This document shows positions 38,516 to 57,227 of a stretch of 64,000 nucleotides of DNA, piece after piece (positions within the stretch are counted from its first letter, which is position 1; the number at the start of each line of letters is the position of its first letter). The DNA comes from the human T2T-CHM13v2.0 reference genome, Homo sapiens. Location of the stretch: the NCBI RefSeq assembly GCF_009914755.1, contig NC_060930.1; one strand, given 5' to 3'. A program made the translations under genes and the position numbers. The notes under the pieces are model-generated. The model made no database searches. It was not told the DNA's origin and worked only from the letters and a program-made list of their open reading frames with translations.

Positions 38516-39051
38516 TTTTTGAAATGCAGATATTTTTCCCTGAAATGTTGGTTGGCAGTGATGGAAACTAAGATGGACGTAATGAGCCTCAAAGAAAAAT
38601 TGAGTTGGCCCCACACAATTTCTCGATAATCTTCAAATACAGTAGATAATGGAAACAACGTCTAAAAAGTTTTGAGAGGATGTCGATTCATGAATTTCAC
38701 AACAAGCCCAGTGATTGTTCTGAGAAAGACAAAGAAAAATATTGTAAACTAAGCAATGACTGTGAAAATGTAAAATTTATGTATTCTTTTTGACAACTAT
38801 TCTAGCTAACCAAGTGATTAACCAAAGTAACGTTCAAGAACACAGAAACTCTGGTACAAAAGTACTAAAAGTGAGTCTTAAAACTATTTAAACCAGTTAT
38901 TCTAAATAATATTTATTGTATGATTGAAGAGATAGAATGCAAAATATCATTTATTTTAACATTTCCTAATAGACAAAATGTTCAACATAAAATGATGATC
39001 ATATTAATAATAATTTAAACTATGAAATTACATATAAAATTCCATATTAAC

Positions 39052-39360
<309 letters not shown>

Positions 39361-39469
39361 CTAACAAAAATTGGGGTTGCAGGGGAAAAGGGATGAGAAA
39401 GCATAAGTGTGTTAATTTTGATATTTTACACAGTGGGCACTATGTGAATCAGAAAACTGACATGAAACT

Positions 39470-39920
39470 GATCATTCATGCCCAAGGTATAACTGAGGAG
39501 AGTTAAATGAAGGTTTATCATAACCCTTGTAGGAGGTTATGCGGGACCAGCAAGAGATGGCGAAACACTTGGGGATAGTATGAGCAGGTAGCTGTTACCA
39601 ACTCCTAGGTCTGCAGAGGTAAGGAAAAGAAAAATAGATAATTATAGAAGCGCTTCCTGCCAGGAGCTGCAGCCTTCAAGAGAAGCACACAGCTGTGCCA
39701 ATCCATGGCCCTACAGGAAGGGCACCAGGGAAGTAGATAGAGTGGGCTCTTTCCTCCCACACTTCCATCTCCTGCCAGAGCCTCATGGGCTGAACCCAAC
39801 TGAGACCCAGAGGAAGAGGAAACCCAGCTGAAGCCCATAGAAGAAAGTCTCTGAGCCATCAAGCAGAGTGGAGAAAGCTGGAAAATAAACCTCAGGAGGA
39901 ACCAGAGAATATTTAGGGCA
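39470..39920 (-). mobile_element. Old ERVL LTR (LTR33-like)
   Basis: AGCTGTTACCA...CCTAGG and GGCTGAACCCAAC..CCAGAGG motifs; resembles the antisense of 53950-54905. Confidence 0.55.
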
Positions 39921-40554
39921 GATGACAGTAGTACTTTTATTTACTAATATTTACATAAAAGGTGCAAAAATGTAAATATCAGCACCACATTTTTCCAATA
40001 GTTTTCTATAAGACAATTGTTTCACTAAAGGTTTGTTGGGAAAGGGATTCTGTGTTCAAATAAATTTGGCCTGTTGTGTATTTTCTGCTGTTGTAGCCTA
40101 AAATTCATTAACATATTAAAAATTATAAGAACTACAGTGAGAAGGCTGTTTAATTCATCCTGAATTTCCCAAACATATTTAATGGCACAATTTCTTTGCT
40201 GTGAGTAACAGCTCTTAATACCCCCATGAAACTTTGGGAAATAACATATGAACAGATTTGAGACTATGATACATACTTTACAAATCACAACTGATGAAAA
40301 ATTTATAATAAAAAGATTTTAAGGTAGTAATAGCAAGGAGCCCTACAGGAACAGAAAGCTTAATATTAGTAACAGATGTAAGGTGAGGATATCAATTTTG
40401 CCAATATATAAAGGACAAAACTCCCTCACAGAAATACAAAGATTCTAAAAATAAAAAAAAGAAAATCCAGAAGAATTATTGTCTTCTATAAGTACATTTA
40501 AAACTAAAGAAGGTTAAAAGTAAAAGTTTGGAAATCACATGTAAGGAAGTCTTA

Positions 40555-40961
<407 letters not shown>

Positions 40962-41886
40962 GAGTTAATATTCAATTTCTGAGATGTGAATCTAGAAAGC
41001 CAGGCTATAGAGGAAAAATGATTACAATTTTTTTAAAATCCCTCTTCTACATAATAAGAGGTGGACCTGGTGGATCAGTTTTCTTTATGCTTTGGGCCTA
41101 TAGAAGAAGCACATGACAAAGAAGAGGTGAAAAACCCAAATCCCGTCTCTTTCAGCTCCCCCAGAATAGTGAGAAAATAAGGGAGCCAGAGTAGGAGAAA
41201 TGGGCAGTCAGATATATTTCCTGATCCCCAGGCTCAGCTTTCAGTTTGAGAAGGGATGTTAGGCAGGTTAAGGAAAATGCTGATTGCAGATCACCTTGAC
41301 CCACTTCCCTTTCACGATGGCAAAAGGTGACCATTCACTGTTCCCACAAGCTGAAGGTGACACATGAAACTAAATTCAGTGACGTCATATGGTTAGGCAG
41401 ATAAAGGATCTTGGTTTAGTCCCACAGGGTTGCTCAAGTTGTGGACAGAATAAAGAATTTCTAGTGTGCCTTGCAGAGAGATGTCAAAGGTAGCTAAGAG
41501 TGTTGTCTGAAGAGCTTGCCTGTATGGGTTTTTGTGCAGTGGCCCTATACGTGAAGGTTGTGGGGAAGATGGGTCAATCTGGAGGAAGAATGAGTGAGTC
41601 TTAGCCAGAACACAGGGTTTCCCTGGGCCAATGACCACTGAGATAAAGCCTGGTCATCAAGAAGAGATAGCCATTGCTCCATAGACCACATTGCTTCAGC
41701 TCTAGGAAAATAGCCAGGAATGGGACTATTGAGTCTCTGTTCACTAGTTCTGGCTGGTGGCCAGTAAGAATACATAGGTCACTTGGTTCATACTTAATCA
41801 TTCCTCTGCAACCACAGGGATGAGGAAGACACACACACCATTGCCCCCCAAATCAGATATCATCTTGGAGACAAGTTGGAGGAACT

Positions 41887-41998
41887 TAGTGACTAACTGT
41901 CCAAGTTTGTCTGGGACTTAGTGGTTTTCCGGTGTGCAGGACTTGTAATGTGAAAACTGGAAAACTTTTAGGAAAACCAGTATAAATTGGTCACCCTA
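41887..41998. mobile_element. MER81-like hAT-Blackjack MITE
   Basis: ~112 bp with TIRs TAGTGACTAAC / ATTGGTCACCCTA. Confidence 0.65.
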
Positions 41999-43055
41999 GG
42001 AGGATGGCAGAACTTTGAAATACTTGATGTTATTTTCTCATCTAAGCAGAAATTGTGCTACTTACAGAGACAATTTAAACTGATGCATTGGAATGATTCA
42101 TCCAAATTGGGATAAAATTTATTCCCTGATCCTCCCTCTCTTCCACAGCTCTTCAGCACTGTGAGATCAGAGCAATTACAGACCAATTTTATTACACATC
42201 TGAATGTAATGAGATATATCATGCAAAAGAAAAACCATCACCACAATAAAAAAACTAAATAAACAGCACAACACAAAATATAGTAGAACTTCTGCTTCTG
42301 CTTATGAAGGAATAACTGCTCTAGAATTAAGCAACTGTTTTCAGACATTAGACAACAGAGGGTGCAGGACTGTGATCTCTAGAGCAGAAAAATAAATGAG
42401 CATGTCCTATGATTCCTGCAGTTTCTCACCTGGAGGCAGTTTCCTGGCCATAGCACAGGGAGGGGAAACCCAAACATAAGCCAGCAGTCGTGTTGAGTTA
42501 AGAAAGACAGAGACTGACATTCAGGAAGCATAAGGCAGCCAAAATAAATGGTACAAATACTGATGGAGAAGGAGAGAGAGAAAGAGAAAGAGAGGAGAGA
42601 AAGAGAGATAGGTGTGCAGAAAGATACCCTTGATTTTTTGGCAGAAAAAAAATTTTGGAAAAGAACTTCCAGAATGGAGGCTGAAAAAATTCCCAAGCTC
42701 ACGTGAGACTGGAAATAGATCACATCGCCACCAGTCAAAGAGGAGAGAGTTTGTAATAAATGGGTATTGGGTATAAAATTCAGAAAGGGCTCTCCCTAGT
42801 AGTGGGGCTAAATTAGTCATAGACAAACTGTTTTTCTGGCCTTGTCCTAGCAAAGGTTAAAAGCAAAGCTTTGATAGGATCAAACTGATTTGAAGTTACA
42901 TAACTGCATTCCAGAACAAAGTCCCATGCTAAATGAATACAGTATAATCCAGCATCCGATAATGTGAAGTTCACAATGTCTAGTATTCAATAAAAATATT
43001 AACAGGTATGAAAAGTGGCAGGAAAATATAGAACTTGTAACAAAAGAAACAATCA

Positions 43056-43472
<417 letters not shown>

Positions 43473-43690
43473 CTATGGTCAAGGATATCAACATAATGAG
43501 AAAAGAAATGAAAGATTTAAAAAATAAAAAACTAAATTGAACCTCTAAACATGGAAAACACTATACCTGAAATGAAAACTACAGCAAACAGGATCAACAG
43601 CAGATTGGACATTGCAATGAACTGGAAAACGTAGCAATATAAATGCCTCAAAATAAAACAAATTATTTTTAAAGCCTGAAAAAAATAGAG

Positions 43691-44393
43691 TGTCTTGGCT
43701 CATTTTTGTTGCTATAATAGAATACCTGTGACTGGGTAATTTATAACAAAAAGAAGTTTAGTTGGCTCACAGTTCTGGAGGCTGAGAAATTCAAGGGCAT
43801 GTAGGCAGCTTCTGGTGAGGGCTTCGCACTATGACATAACATGATGGAAGAGCAGAAGGGCAAGCAAGCACATGCACAAGAGCTCACTAGAGCAATCTGA
43901 GCTTGCTTTTACAAAAACCTGTTCTCTTAGAACTAACTCACCCTTTTTTGTTTTGAGACGGAGTCTCACTCTGTTGCCCAGACTGGAGTACGGTGGCCTG
44001 ATCTTGGCTCATTGCAACCTCCGCCTCCCGGGTTCAAGCAATTCTCCTGCCCCAGCCTCCTGAGTAGGTGGGATTACAGGCACCTGCCATGATGCCCAGC
44101 TAATTTTTTGTATTTTTAGTAGTGATGGGTTTTCACCATGTTGGCCAGGCTGGTCTTGAACTCCCAACCTCAAGGGATCCACCCACCTCAGCCTCCTAAA
44201 GTGCTGGGATTATAGGTGTGAGCCACCGCGCTGGCCAAGCCACCCTTTCAGTAACCACACTGATCCATTCATAAGGAACGGGTTTGCTCTCATGACTCAA
44301 TCACCTCTTAAAGGCTCCACTTTGTAATAGTGTTACATTGACAATTAAGTTTTCAACACATAAGCTTTTCAGGAACACATTCAAACCATAGCA
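43691..44393 (-). mobile_element. MST-family MaLR LTR interrupted by an Alu
   Basis: TGTCTTGGCTCATTTTTGTTGCTATAA...ACATTCAAACCATAGCA; TSD TAGAG/CAGAG. Confidence 0.85.
43944..44237 (-). mobile_element. Alu (AluS-like)
   Basis: Full antisense dimer. Confidence 0.93.
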
Positions 44394-46288
44394 CAGAGTA
44401 CTAGTAACCTGTAGGAAAATATCAAGAATTTTGACATACATGTAATTGGAGTCCCAGAGGAGAAGAAAGAAGGAAAAGCAGAATATTTAAGGAATGTTGG
44501 GTAAATCTTTTAAAACTTGATGACAGACATAAACTCATAGATCCTAGAAGCTCAGTGAACCCAACAAGAAATATAAGACCACACCAGGGCACATTATAAA
44601 CAAATTGTTTAAAACCAGTTATGAAAAGAAAATAATAAAGGCAACAAGAGGAATAAAAACACATTATGTGCAGAAGCAGCAAGATAAGGATGACATCAGC
44701 CTTCTTGTTGAAAATAATGCAAGGTAAATGATAGTGAGGCAATATCTTGAAAGTATGGAAAGAAAAATCTGTTGGCCTAGAATTCTGCACTGTGCAAAAT
44801 ATCTTTCAAAAATGAAGACAAAATAAAGGCTTTTTCACAAAAACAACAGCTAAGAGACCTCATTGCCAAAAAAGCTACACTATAGAATTTTAAAGAAAGT
44901 TATTTAGGCAGAAGAAAAATAATATTAGATGTAAATTTGGATCCATATACAAAAACAAAGGAATGAAAAGTGCCGGAAATGAAAAATATGTGGGTAAGTA
45001 CAAAAGTCAATGTTTTATTATTTTAAAGTCTCTCTAAAAGATAATTGCTTAAAGCAAAATTAATAAAAAATACATATTGGGGCATAACATATGGAAATCA
45101 AATGCATGATAACTGTAGTATAAAGGACAGGAGGGTAGAAATGAAAGTGTACCATTGTGAGTACTAGTGCGAGGCTCTTAAATTATACTTAAAGTGGTAT
45201 ATTATTTGAAGATAGACTATGGTAAGTTAAAAATGTTATCTTATAAATCTTGGAGTAAGCACTAAAAAATAAAGGAGAATAGCAATAGTGGAGATTGAGT
45301 GGAATCCTGAAAAATACTCACATCAAAAGAAGGCAGGAAAAAGAAAAAAGTAACCAAAATATATGAGACAAAGAGAAAATAAGCAGCAAAATGTAGCTTT
45401 AAACCCAATAAAATAAAAAATTACATTAAACTTAAATGACCTAAACATTCCAATTAAAAGGCAGAGATTGTCAGACTAGATGAGAAAGTGAGACACAAAT
45501 ACAGTATATAGATAAGAAATTCATTTAAATATAAAGAAGGGTATTATTTCAGTTACTTAGTAATAAATGCAGTGAGTGGGCTTGACTTTACAGTTAGACT
45601 CCATTATCGTCATCATTGTCCTCAAGGAGGTAGTCCTCTGCAACCAAATAGAAATTAATTTTAGTTAATTAATTTTAGTTGGCTACAAACAACTAACTCA
45701 GCCAACTCGTGCCAACACAAAAAAAGACACTTTGTCTTTTTTGGAAAGACACAAAGGTACTTCATGAAACTGTGACTCCCCCTGAGAAACAGAACTAGGA
45801 GCTGTAATGTCAGGAGTGTCTCTCAGTTTCTTTATGGCCCCTTAGTCCCCACCCCTCCCAAAGTGCTTGGATTATAGGCTGTGCCCAGCCTGTATATAGG
45901 ATTTTATTGTACAAATACACTGTAGTTCTTCCGTTCTACTTTTGATAGACAGATGAGTTGCTTTCAGTTTGGGACACTGCGAACCCTGGGGTTATGAATG
46001 GTATTGCACATATATCCTAAAGCACAGGTTTCACGAATTTTTCAAGGGTGTTAAATCTAGAAGTGACTTGCTTGGCCACAGAAAGTATCTTTAATTTTAC
46101 TAGATACTGCCAAACTGCTTTCCAAAGTGGTTCTACCAAAGTGGTTTACTGGATACTGGCAAACTATTTCCCATCAATATTTCAGGAGATTTACTGTACT
46201 AGTAACTCCATAACATCACTAGTACTTAGTCTTGTCAGACTTGTTAAGTTTTGCCAATCCGGTGGATGTGTAGAAGCCTGTGGGCTGA

Positions 46289-46837
<549 letters not shown>

Positions 46838-46949
46838 TCTGTTCCCTTTCTTTATAGAGTTTTTTAATGAACAGTTCTTCATTTAAATATGGATAAGTTT
46901 ATCAGTTTTTTCCTTTATTCTACTTCATGTATCTGGTTTAAAATATTTT

Positions 46950-47101
46950 TCTTTTTATTTTATTCTATTCAATTTTTATAAAAAAGAGTCAAGGTATTGC
47001 TGTGTTGCCTAGGCTGGTCTCAAACTCTGGGACTCAAGTGACCCTCCTGCCTCAGCCTCCTGAGTGGCTGGTACTACACTGACATGCCACCATGCCTGGG
47101 C
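46950..47101 (-). mobile_element. FLAM-like Alu monomer
   Basis: Single arm TGTTGCCTAGGCTGGTCTCAAACTC...CCACCATGCCTGG. Confidence 0.75.
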
Positions 47102-47193
47102 AACATTTTTTTCTATATATTCTAAAATATTATCCTAGCCTATCCTGTGTATATTTTCCAATCTATACTGCCATCTTAAAAGATTATACTTTT

Positions 47194-47495
<302 letters not shown>

Positions 47496-48553
47496 TTATA
47501 CTTTTGCTTATTTTTAGATCTATAATTCTTTTTGTGTTGATTTTTGTGTAAGAATGTGAGATATGGGTCCAATTCTGTGCAATTAGCATTATTTGTAAAG
47601 GGCAATATTTGTAAAGGGAGTCAAGACTCTCCTTTCTCACTATTCTCCAGTGTCATTTCTGACATCAGCCAAGTGTCTATATGTGTGCAATCTGTCTCCC
47701 GGCTCTCTTTTTTGTTCCACTAGTCTTGCATCGATACCATTTAATTAACACAGCTTCTTAAGTTTAGATATTTTGTAGAGAAAAGAAAGACTCTCATCTT
47801 TTTCTTCTCCAGGAGAGTTTTGTTATTCTTGGCCTTTGTTATGTTCCCATAAAAGTTATTTTACTTTTTTGTCCAATATCACACAGAAAAACACATGGGG
47901 AGCAAGTGGTCTTTAGAGTTTAATTGGAATTGTATAGCTTTATAGATCAATATGAAGAAAAATGACATTTTTATAATATATAGTTTTCTTACCCATGTAC
48001 ATCATTGTAAATATTTCAATTTAACTCTTATTTTTAAAATGTTTTAAAATTTTCTCTGCAGAGTTGTTTTGTTAAATATATTCCTAAGTAACAGATATCC
48101 CTGATGATGATATAAACGTTATATATTCATTAATTTTATTACCTGTTTGTTGCTTTTATAGAGAAATACAGTTGCTTTTTCAATTTTGATTTTATATCCT
48201 CCAGTATTTCTAAGCTCACTTATTGATTCCAATAATTCATCTAAAGATTCTTTTGAATATTCATACACATTAATATAAAATTAATTATATCATCTGTGAA
48301 AAATAATAATTTGCTTATCCCATTCCTATCCTTATAGCATTTGCTTTTCCTTACTGATTGGCAGGACCTCCAGTACAACACTGAATAGCCTTGGTAACAG
48401 TGGTCACCTTTGCTTGCTTAATGCCTCTTCCATACTTTAACATACTACTTTTTTATATCTTTATGTTTTATATTTCTCTTATAATGATTATATCCTTGAC
48501 TTTGACTTTTTTCCTGTCTGACAATTTCTTAATCTCTTAATTGAAGCATTTAG

Positions 48554-48875
<322 letters not shown>

Positions 48876-50153
48876 CCATTTACATTTAATGTAATTACTC
48901 ATGTACTTTGGTTTGAGTTTAATTCACCATTTTATTATGTTCTTTCTACTTGTGTCACCTGTTTTATTTTCTTTTTTCTTATTTACTTGATTAATTTTAT
49001 TTTCTGCATTATTTCATTTTCCTCCCAACTATCACTTTCTGTTATTTTAATATTTCCCTAGAAATTACAGTAAGGACCACAATATTCCAAAATCAAATGT
49101 TAAATTAGTAGATTTCACTTCTTTCTAAAAAGTACAAGAATCTTAGAACACTTCAGTTTCATTTGTTTATCCCCAACATATACGCTATTGTTGCTGTGTG
49201 TATTAATTATATATTTATATGTGTGGGTGAAACTTTCACAAAATAAAGTTCATGGCCATTTCTTCCAGCTCAGCAACTGCCTTCAAAGCTAAAGTATCTT
49301 TGAGTATTACACTTATTTTCTATATTTCTGGGGTTTTGCCTTCTGTATTTGGTCTGAAATTTTCTCATTCTGTTTTTAGGTGTTTAAATCTTTTCTGAAT
49401 GAATAACTAACATTCCATTAGGAGACAATCAAATTAGTCTAAGTGAAAGATTATAAGACCTTGAACAAAAGTAGTGACAATGTGGATGCAATGACAAGGA
49501 AATATTTAAGAAAAACTAATGAAGGACTGGTTTTAGTTCCTGAGTTCCTGTGAAAGATGCAAGACAAATGTTCCTTCTATAATCATCTATATCTCAAATA
49601 CTTCCAAAACTTTAATGCCAGGAAAAATTTCTTTCCATTCTAATTTGTGTGTTTTTCTCCCCTCAGGTTAAAAAGTAAATAATTCTCACTCTCTGTAGGT
49701 AGCTAGGGGCACAATTTAATGCTCAGTCATAGCACTGACTTAGCTTCTGTGTCTTACTTAGCCACTTTGTATTTCAGAATGGCTTTTAATTGCCTTATGC
49801 ATGTTTAAGTAATGTTTTATGTATTTTTAACATTTAAACTTTCTTAATCATTTTTGAAAATAAGAAAAATAATAAATTTGGGGGTAGATTGGTTAATAAA
49901 ATTAAGGTAGTTTCAAATATTTCTCTTATTAAGAGATGTAATTTTATGACTCATTCAAGCAAAATAAGTATTATATAAATATAGTTACATGAATTTGGGG
50001 GAATCATTATATAATTTTTAATTTAATTTTTATTTTATCCTCAGCTCCACTGCTCTCCACCTCTGAGTTCTAGTCACCTGAGGAGATAATCACATTCAAT
50101 CCTTTTAACATTCTTTTTTATATTTACAATAACATTTAAAAATAAGTGGTTTA

Positions 50154-50510
50154 TGTGTTTGTCTGTTTTCACGCTGCTGATAAAGACATACCCGAGACTG
50201 GGTATTTTACAAAAGAAAGAGGTTTGATGGACTTATAGTTCCACGTGGCTGGGGAAGCCTCACAATCATGACACAAGGCAAGGAGGAGCAAGTGAAGTCT
50301 TACAGCAGGCAAAGAGAGAACTTCTGCAGCGAAACTCCCGTTTTTTAAAACCATCAGATCTCGTGAGACTTGCTATCAAGAGAACAGCACAGGAAGGATT
50401 TGCTTCCATGATTCAATTACCTCCCACCGGGTTCCTCCCATGACACGCGGGAATCGTGGGAGTTACAGTTCAAGATGAGATTTGGCTGGGGACACAGCCA
50501 AACCATATCA
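50154..50510 (-). mobile_element. THE1A/B-like MaLR solo LTR
   Basis: GTTTTCACGCTGCTGATAAAGACATACCCGAGACTGGG...CAGCCAAACCATATCA; TSD GTTTA/GTTGA. Confidence 0.93.
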
Positions 50511-51930
50511 GTTGATATTACTATTCATAATTTAAAATTTAACTACTAATTATTTTTTTCTTTTATGGAGATAAAAATTTAACCCTCTTACACCCTGTCC
50601 CTTATATACACATACACATAATACTTCCAATTTCTTCAACTTCCCAATATTATTATAATTATGATTATAATTATGTTAAAATTGTTCAAGCTAAGGCACA
50701 AAAGGTGATATAAGTATATTTACTCTTTTTGAACGACTTTTTGTTTTTTCTAGAATTTACAGTTGTCCTGTTGTTTTCATGCACTTTTTTTATATACCAT
50801 GTTTTCTTCCCCTAAGCACTTCTGTAAAGATGTAAAATAAATCACTTTCTCATGAGCAAAACACAGGGAACTGAATCTACTCTGTATTTTTCTCATCAGT
50901 ATCTCTCCTAGAATCCATAACCTCCTGATTTAATCCGAATCTGAATGTAGCTTTCATCCTGAGCCTTCTCTTCATCATAACACTGGAAAATCTCTGATCC
51001 TGTTGCCTGGATTTATTCTCCTTCTCTTTATTGCTTTATTCTCTTGCTTAAATGGAATGCATCCTCCTATAGCTTCATGAGAAAGAATATGTGAAAAGTT
51101 GATTTTTGAGAACTTGTGTGTTTTCTAATGTCTTTTCTTTTGATACTTGATTAATAATACCTTTATTATGTAGAATTCTAGGTTGGACTAATTTTTCCTG
51201 ATAATTTTCAAGGTATCATTGTGTTGTTTTATAGCTTCCAATTTCGCTATTCAAAAAAACAGCTCCATATGATTACTGATTATTGGTGTTTGATCTTCTC
51301 TTTTCTCCAGCAGCCTTTATGGTTTATTTCTTATTTTAGGTTCTGAAATTTTACAATTATATTTTATTTAATGTTAGTTTTTTCTTCATTCATTTTAGCC
51401 ATCAATGGAACCTTTCAATCTGCAAATGAATGATCTTCAGTTTTCGACATTTTTCTTGTATAACTTATGTGATAATATCACCCCTTTAATTTTTCTATTT
51501 TTCTATTTTACTAGAATTTTATTAATCCATTTAGGCCCCCTAATTTTCTTTTCTTTCATGTTTTTCATATTTTTGTGCTTTTATTGTACTTTCTGAGAGA
51601 TTTCCTCAAATTTACCTTGCATGTTATTATTTTCAAAAAAATCTTATTGATTCAATGCCCACAAACATTTGTGGAGTATTTATTATATTGAAGTTACTAT
51701 ATTTAAGGCTGGTTGTGGGGAGAAAAACAAGTATAAAAAGTCCCTCAATTCAAAAAACTTATAATCTGCAAATTTATAAGCAAATACCTATAAAATAAAA
51801 GCTATGGTAATTTGAGTTAACAAATCTGAAAGTAAAGAAGGAAGAACTGTTGTAACTATTATTCTCATTTCTCAACCAGAAGTGCAACTAGTGAGAATAT
51901 TAGCAAGTTAATTAAAAAAAAATATTACTA

Positions 51931-52214
51931 GTGGGCACAGTGGTTCACGCCTGTAATCCCAGCACTTTGGGAGCAGGAGGCAGGAGGATCCCTTGAGCCC
52001 GGGAGTTTGAGGGCAGCCTTGGCAACATAGGGAGACCCCATTTTCTACAAAAAATAAAAATAAAAAATTAGACTGGTGTGGTGATACATGCCTGTGGTCC
52101 TAGCTATTCAGAAGGCTGAGGTGGGAAGATCGCTTGAGCCCAGGAGGTGGAGGCTATAGTGAGCCATGATCATGCCACTGCACTCCAGCCTGGGCAACAA
52201 ATCGAGACCCTGTC

Positions 52215-52267
<53 letters not shown>
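51931..52267 (+). mobile_element. Alu (AluJ-like) whose tail has become a (CA)~24 microsatellite
   Basis: Dimer, then (CA)n at 52219-52267; ATTACTA on both flanks. Confidence 0.92.
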
Positions 52268-52268
<1 letters not shown>

Positions 52269-53947
52269 AAATTACTAGTGATTATATTAAGAAAGCAGAT
52301 GAATTTTCTATTCAGATTGACACTACTGAAGATAAAACTTTGATTGACATTATAGTTCAGTAATTCTAATGTATGTCTCAGAGCCCATGCTAGACATAAT
52401 TAGCATAAGGTTAAATTCTGGAGAAAATACATCCCATCCCATTACAGAATATTTTGAGATCAAATAATAGTGCTCTTAAACAAGTGTAGGATATTCAACT
52501 ACTGGCACACTCTACATGAAGAAATCACTCAATTGGTTTTTGTCCTGGTTAAAAAAAGAGTCATCTAACCAAGGTCACATATGGGATTATTCACAAGTCT
52601 TAAATCTCGTAATAGAATGGATAATGGGGACGCAAGAAGGGATATTTCACAGTTTTGACTCAAAATGTCTGAGCAGCATTTATAATAGAGCAACATAAAA
52701 GAATTGCTATTTGACACAAACAGCGGGAGACTCTGATCCACTTTTCTCAGTATTATGGAAGCAAGACAGGGTTGGTTCTAGAAAAGGAAGTTGAAAGACA
52801 AAGCTGTTTTGCTGTGAGAAAACCCACTCAAGTAAATAGTGGCTTTTTGTGCCTCAGGGTCTAGAAGGAAATGCTAACTGAAATTGTTGGGTGGATGGGG
52901 ACAATGTTTTGTCTGCAGATATGAAAGATGCTCCTCTGCGGGATATGCTGGCATTTGACATTGCTAAAGAAAGCTTAACTGTTCTGTGACTACTGTTCTT
53001 AACTGGAATCCTTCCATTTCAAGGACCTCTCATCACTGGGCCCCAGTCTTGGGAGTAGCTTTGAGAAAGTGGTACAGCACATAGCTTTGTTGAGTTTTTG
53101 TGGTCACAATCTATAACATTGCGTCTGCGTCATAGCTAACCCAAGTTTTGTCAAGGGATAAACCTGCACTAGGGCTGTGGACAGCAAAATGAAGCATGCT
53201 TCTGCATGTCTAAAATAAGTGGATTAGGCAACTCATTTCATTGATTTAACTGAATCAGACCTCTGTAAAACTGATCCAAACAGCTATGTGGCAATTAGCT
53301 GGTTGCACGCCATAAAAATTGAGTGGTTCATGAGTGGTTTGTATGTTTAATGGATTTCTTCCTTCAAAACATTATTTTTGTATCTTAAAAGCTTAACACA
53401 GTGTTTGGCACAGCACAGGTGCTCCATAAACATTTGTTAAATGAGTTAGCTCTAAGAAGTCAGACTAAGCAATTTAGTTCCACTCTTACTACCTGCTGTG
53501 CTAAAACTCTCCTTGGCTGATTACATATGACACTTACAAAACCTTTGTTGTTTTTTATATTGCATTTCATCAGTTCCTATTAGGTTTAAGGAAAAGAGGT
53601 GGAAATAGTTTTTCGGCAAATATTTACGGAATATCTACCATGTTCAATGCACTGTAGAATTCTGAGACCATCTTTGCCCTACAATAGCTTACATCCTCAA
53701 AGAGGAGATAAGAGATATACACACAAGCACAGTCTCAGAATTACAGATCTCTAATTAATAAATTTATTCACATGCAATTGGTATGCTCCAAATATTATAT
53801 ATGGGGTACAAATCCCCTTTTGCTTAATGCTTAATATTGTTTAATGTTGAGACTAAAATGACTCTAGGCCATCCCTGGCTATGAGTAACAGGTTTTTTTT
53901 TCAGAGTTCACTTTGCTAAGTATTTCTAGAAAAGTTCTGGGGGTTGC

Positions 53948-54905
53948 TGTGGTGGTTTATTTTCATTTGTCGTTTCTTGAGTATATTCTCCTCTTCTATC
54001 TGCCAGCTCTGAGCACCAGGACATTGACCTCTGCTGGCTGCACTCTTACACCGCTCACGTTCCATGATCCATGGGCTTCTGGTTGGGTTGGGCCAATGGG
54101 AGGCAGTGGCAGGAGATGGGAGAGGGGAGTGTAGAGAGAAAGAATGGAGTTTTCACCCCTCTTCCTCCCTGCCTTGGAGCTGTTCTGAGAGCAGCTGCAT
54201 ATCTCTCAGCTATAGGTCCTGTCTGGAGACCCACCGCTCAGCTCACTGGAGGCTATGGTAGCATCATTCATCCCTTGCCCCTCGTGACGGTTAATGCTAT
54301 GTGTCAACTCAACTGGGCCACCTAGTGCCTAGATAATTGGTCAAACATTTTTCTGGATGTGTCTGTGAAGATGTTTCTGGATGAGATTAACATTTGAATT
54401 GGTAGACTAAGTAAAGCAGATTGCCCTCCTCAATGTGGGTGGGCTTCATCCAGTCAATTGATGTCACAATAGACAAAAAGATTGAGTAAGAAGGAATTCC
54501 TCCCATCTGGGTGCTTGCACTGGGACACCAATCTTCTGCCTCTGGACTCAGACTTGAACTGGAACTTACATCTTCATTCTCCTGGGTCTCCAGCTTGCTA
54601 ACTACAGATTTTGGGATTTCTCAATCTCCATACTCATGTTAACCAATTCCTTATGATAAATCTCATTCTATAGATGAAGAGGTAGGTAGGTAGATAGATA
54701 CACAGACAGACTGACAGACAGACAGATAGATAGATAGACAGACAGATAGATAGATATAGCTTCCCACTGCTTTCAGCCTCTGGGTGCCTCAGCATTCCTT
54801 GTTTGTTCTCTGGCTGCATTCTCATCATTGTAAATAGTCCTTCAAAAAAGTTTCTCAAAATCACAGTTGAATTTACCATCTGTTTTCTGCTGGGAGACTC
54901 ATACA
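53948..54905 (+). mobile_element. LTR33-like ERVL LTR split by an MLT2 LTR
   Basis: TGGGTTGGGCCAATGGGAGGCA and terminal TGTAAATAGTCC...CCATCTGTTTTCTGCTGGGA. Confidence 0.65.
54283..54757 (+). mobile_element. MLT2-family LTR ending in a (TAGA/CAGA)n repeat
   Basis: GTGACGGTTAATGCTATGTGTCAACT...GGATGAGATTAACATTTGAAT; tetranucleotide repeat at ~54680-54755. Confidence 0.85.
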
Positions 54906-55191
54906 GTTGCTCATGAACATCAATGAAAATTCATGATGCCAGTTAGGAGGGTACAGGAATTCAGACACCCTGAGCTCAGAGGCACATTAAGGCCCACTTC
55001 CAAAACTGCTGGCCTCCAGACACTCCCACCCGCATCTCTAGGTTTGTTCAACAAGGCCCCATCTCCCTCATTTGAGTGAAGGTTTGATGTTGCCTAGAAA
55101 ATAAATAATTTGGATAGTTCATTTACTATAACAGAATTCCCCAATCTGGAGGTGCTGGAGAATGAAACTGATATGTAAAGATTTGGTTTGA

Positions 55192-57227
<2,036 letters not shown>

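Noticed and set aside
41393-41834. Overlapping minus-strand ORFs in apparently unique DNA
   Set aside because: Short, with no recognisable domain or supporting splice structure; may be an ancient repeat.
45653-45742. 14-bp tandem duplication AATTAATTTTAGTT and a 10-bp hairpin AAAAAAGACA/TGTCTTTTTT
   Set aside because: Short and AT-rich; typical slippage or chance.
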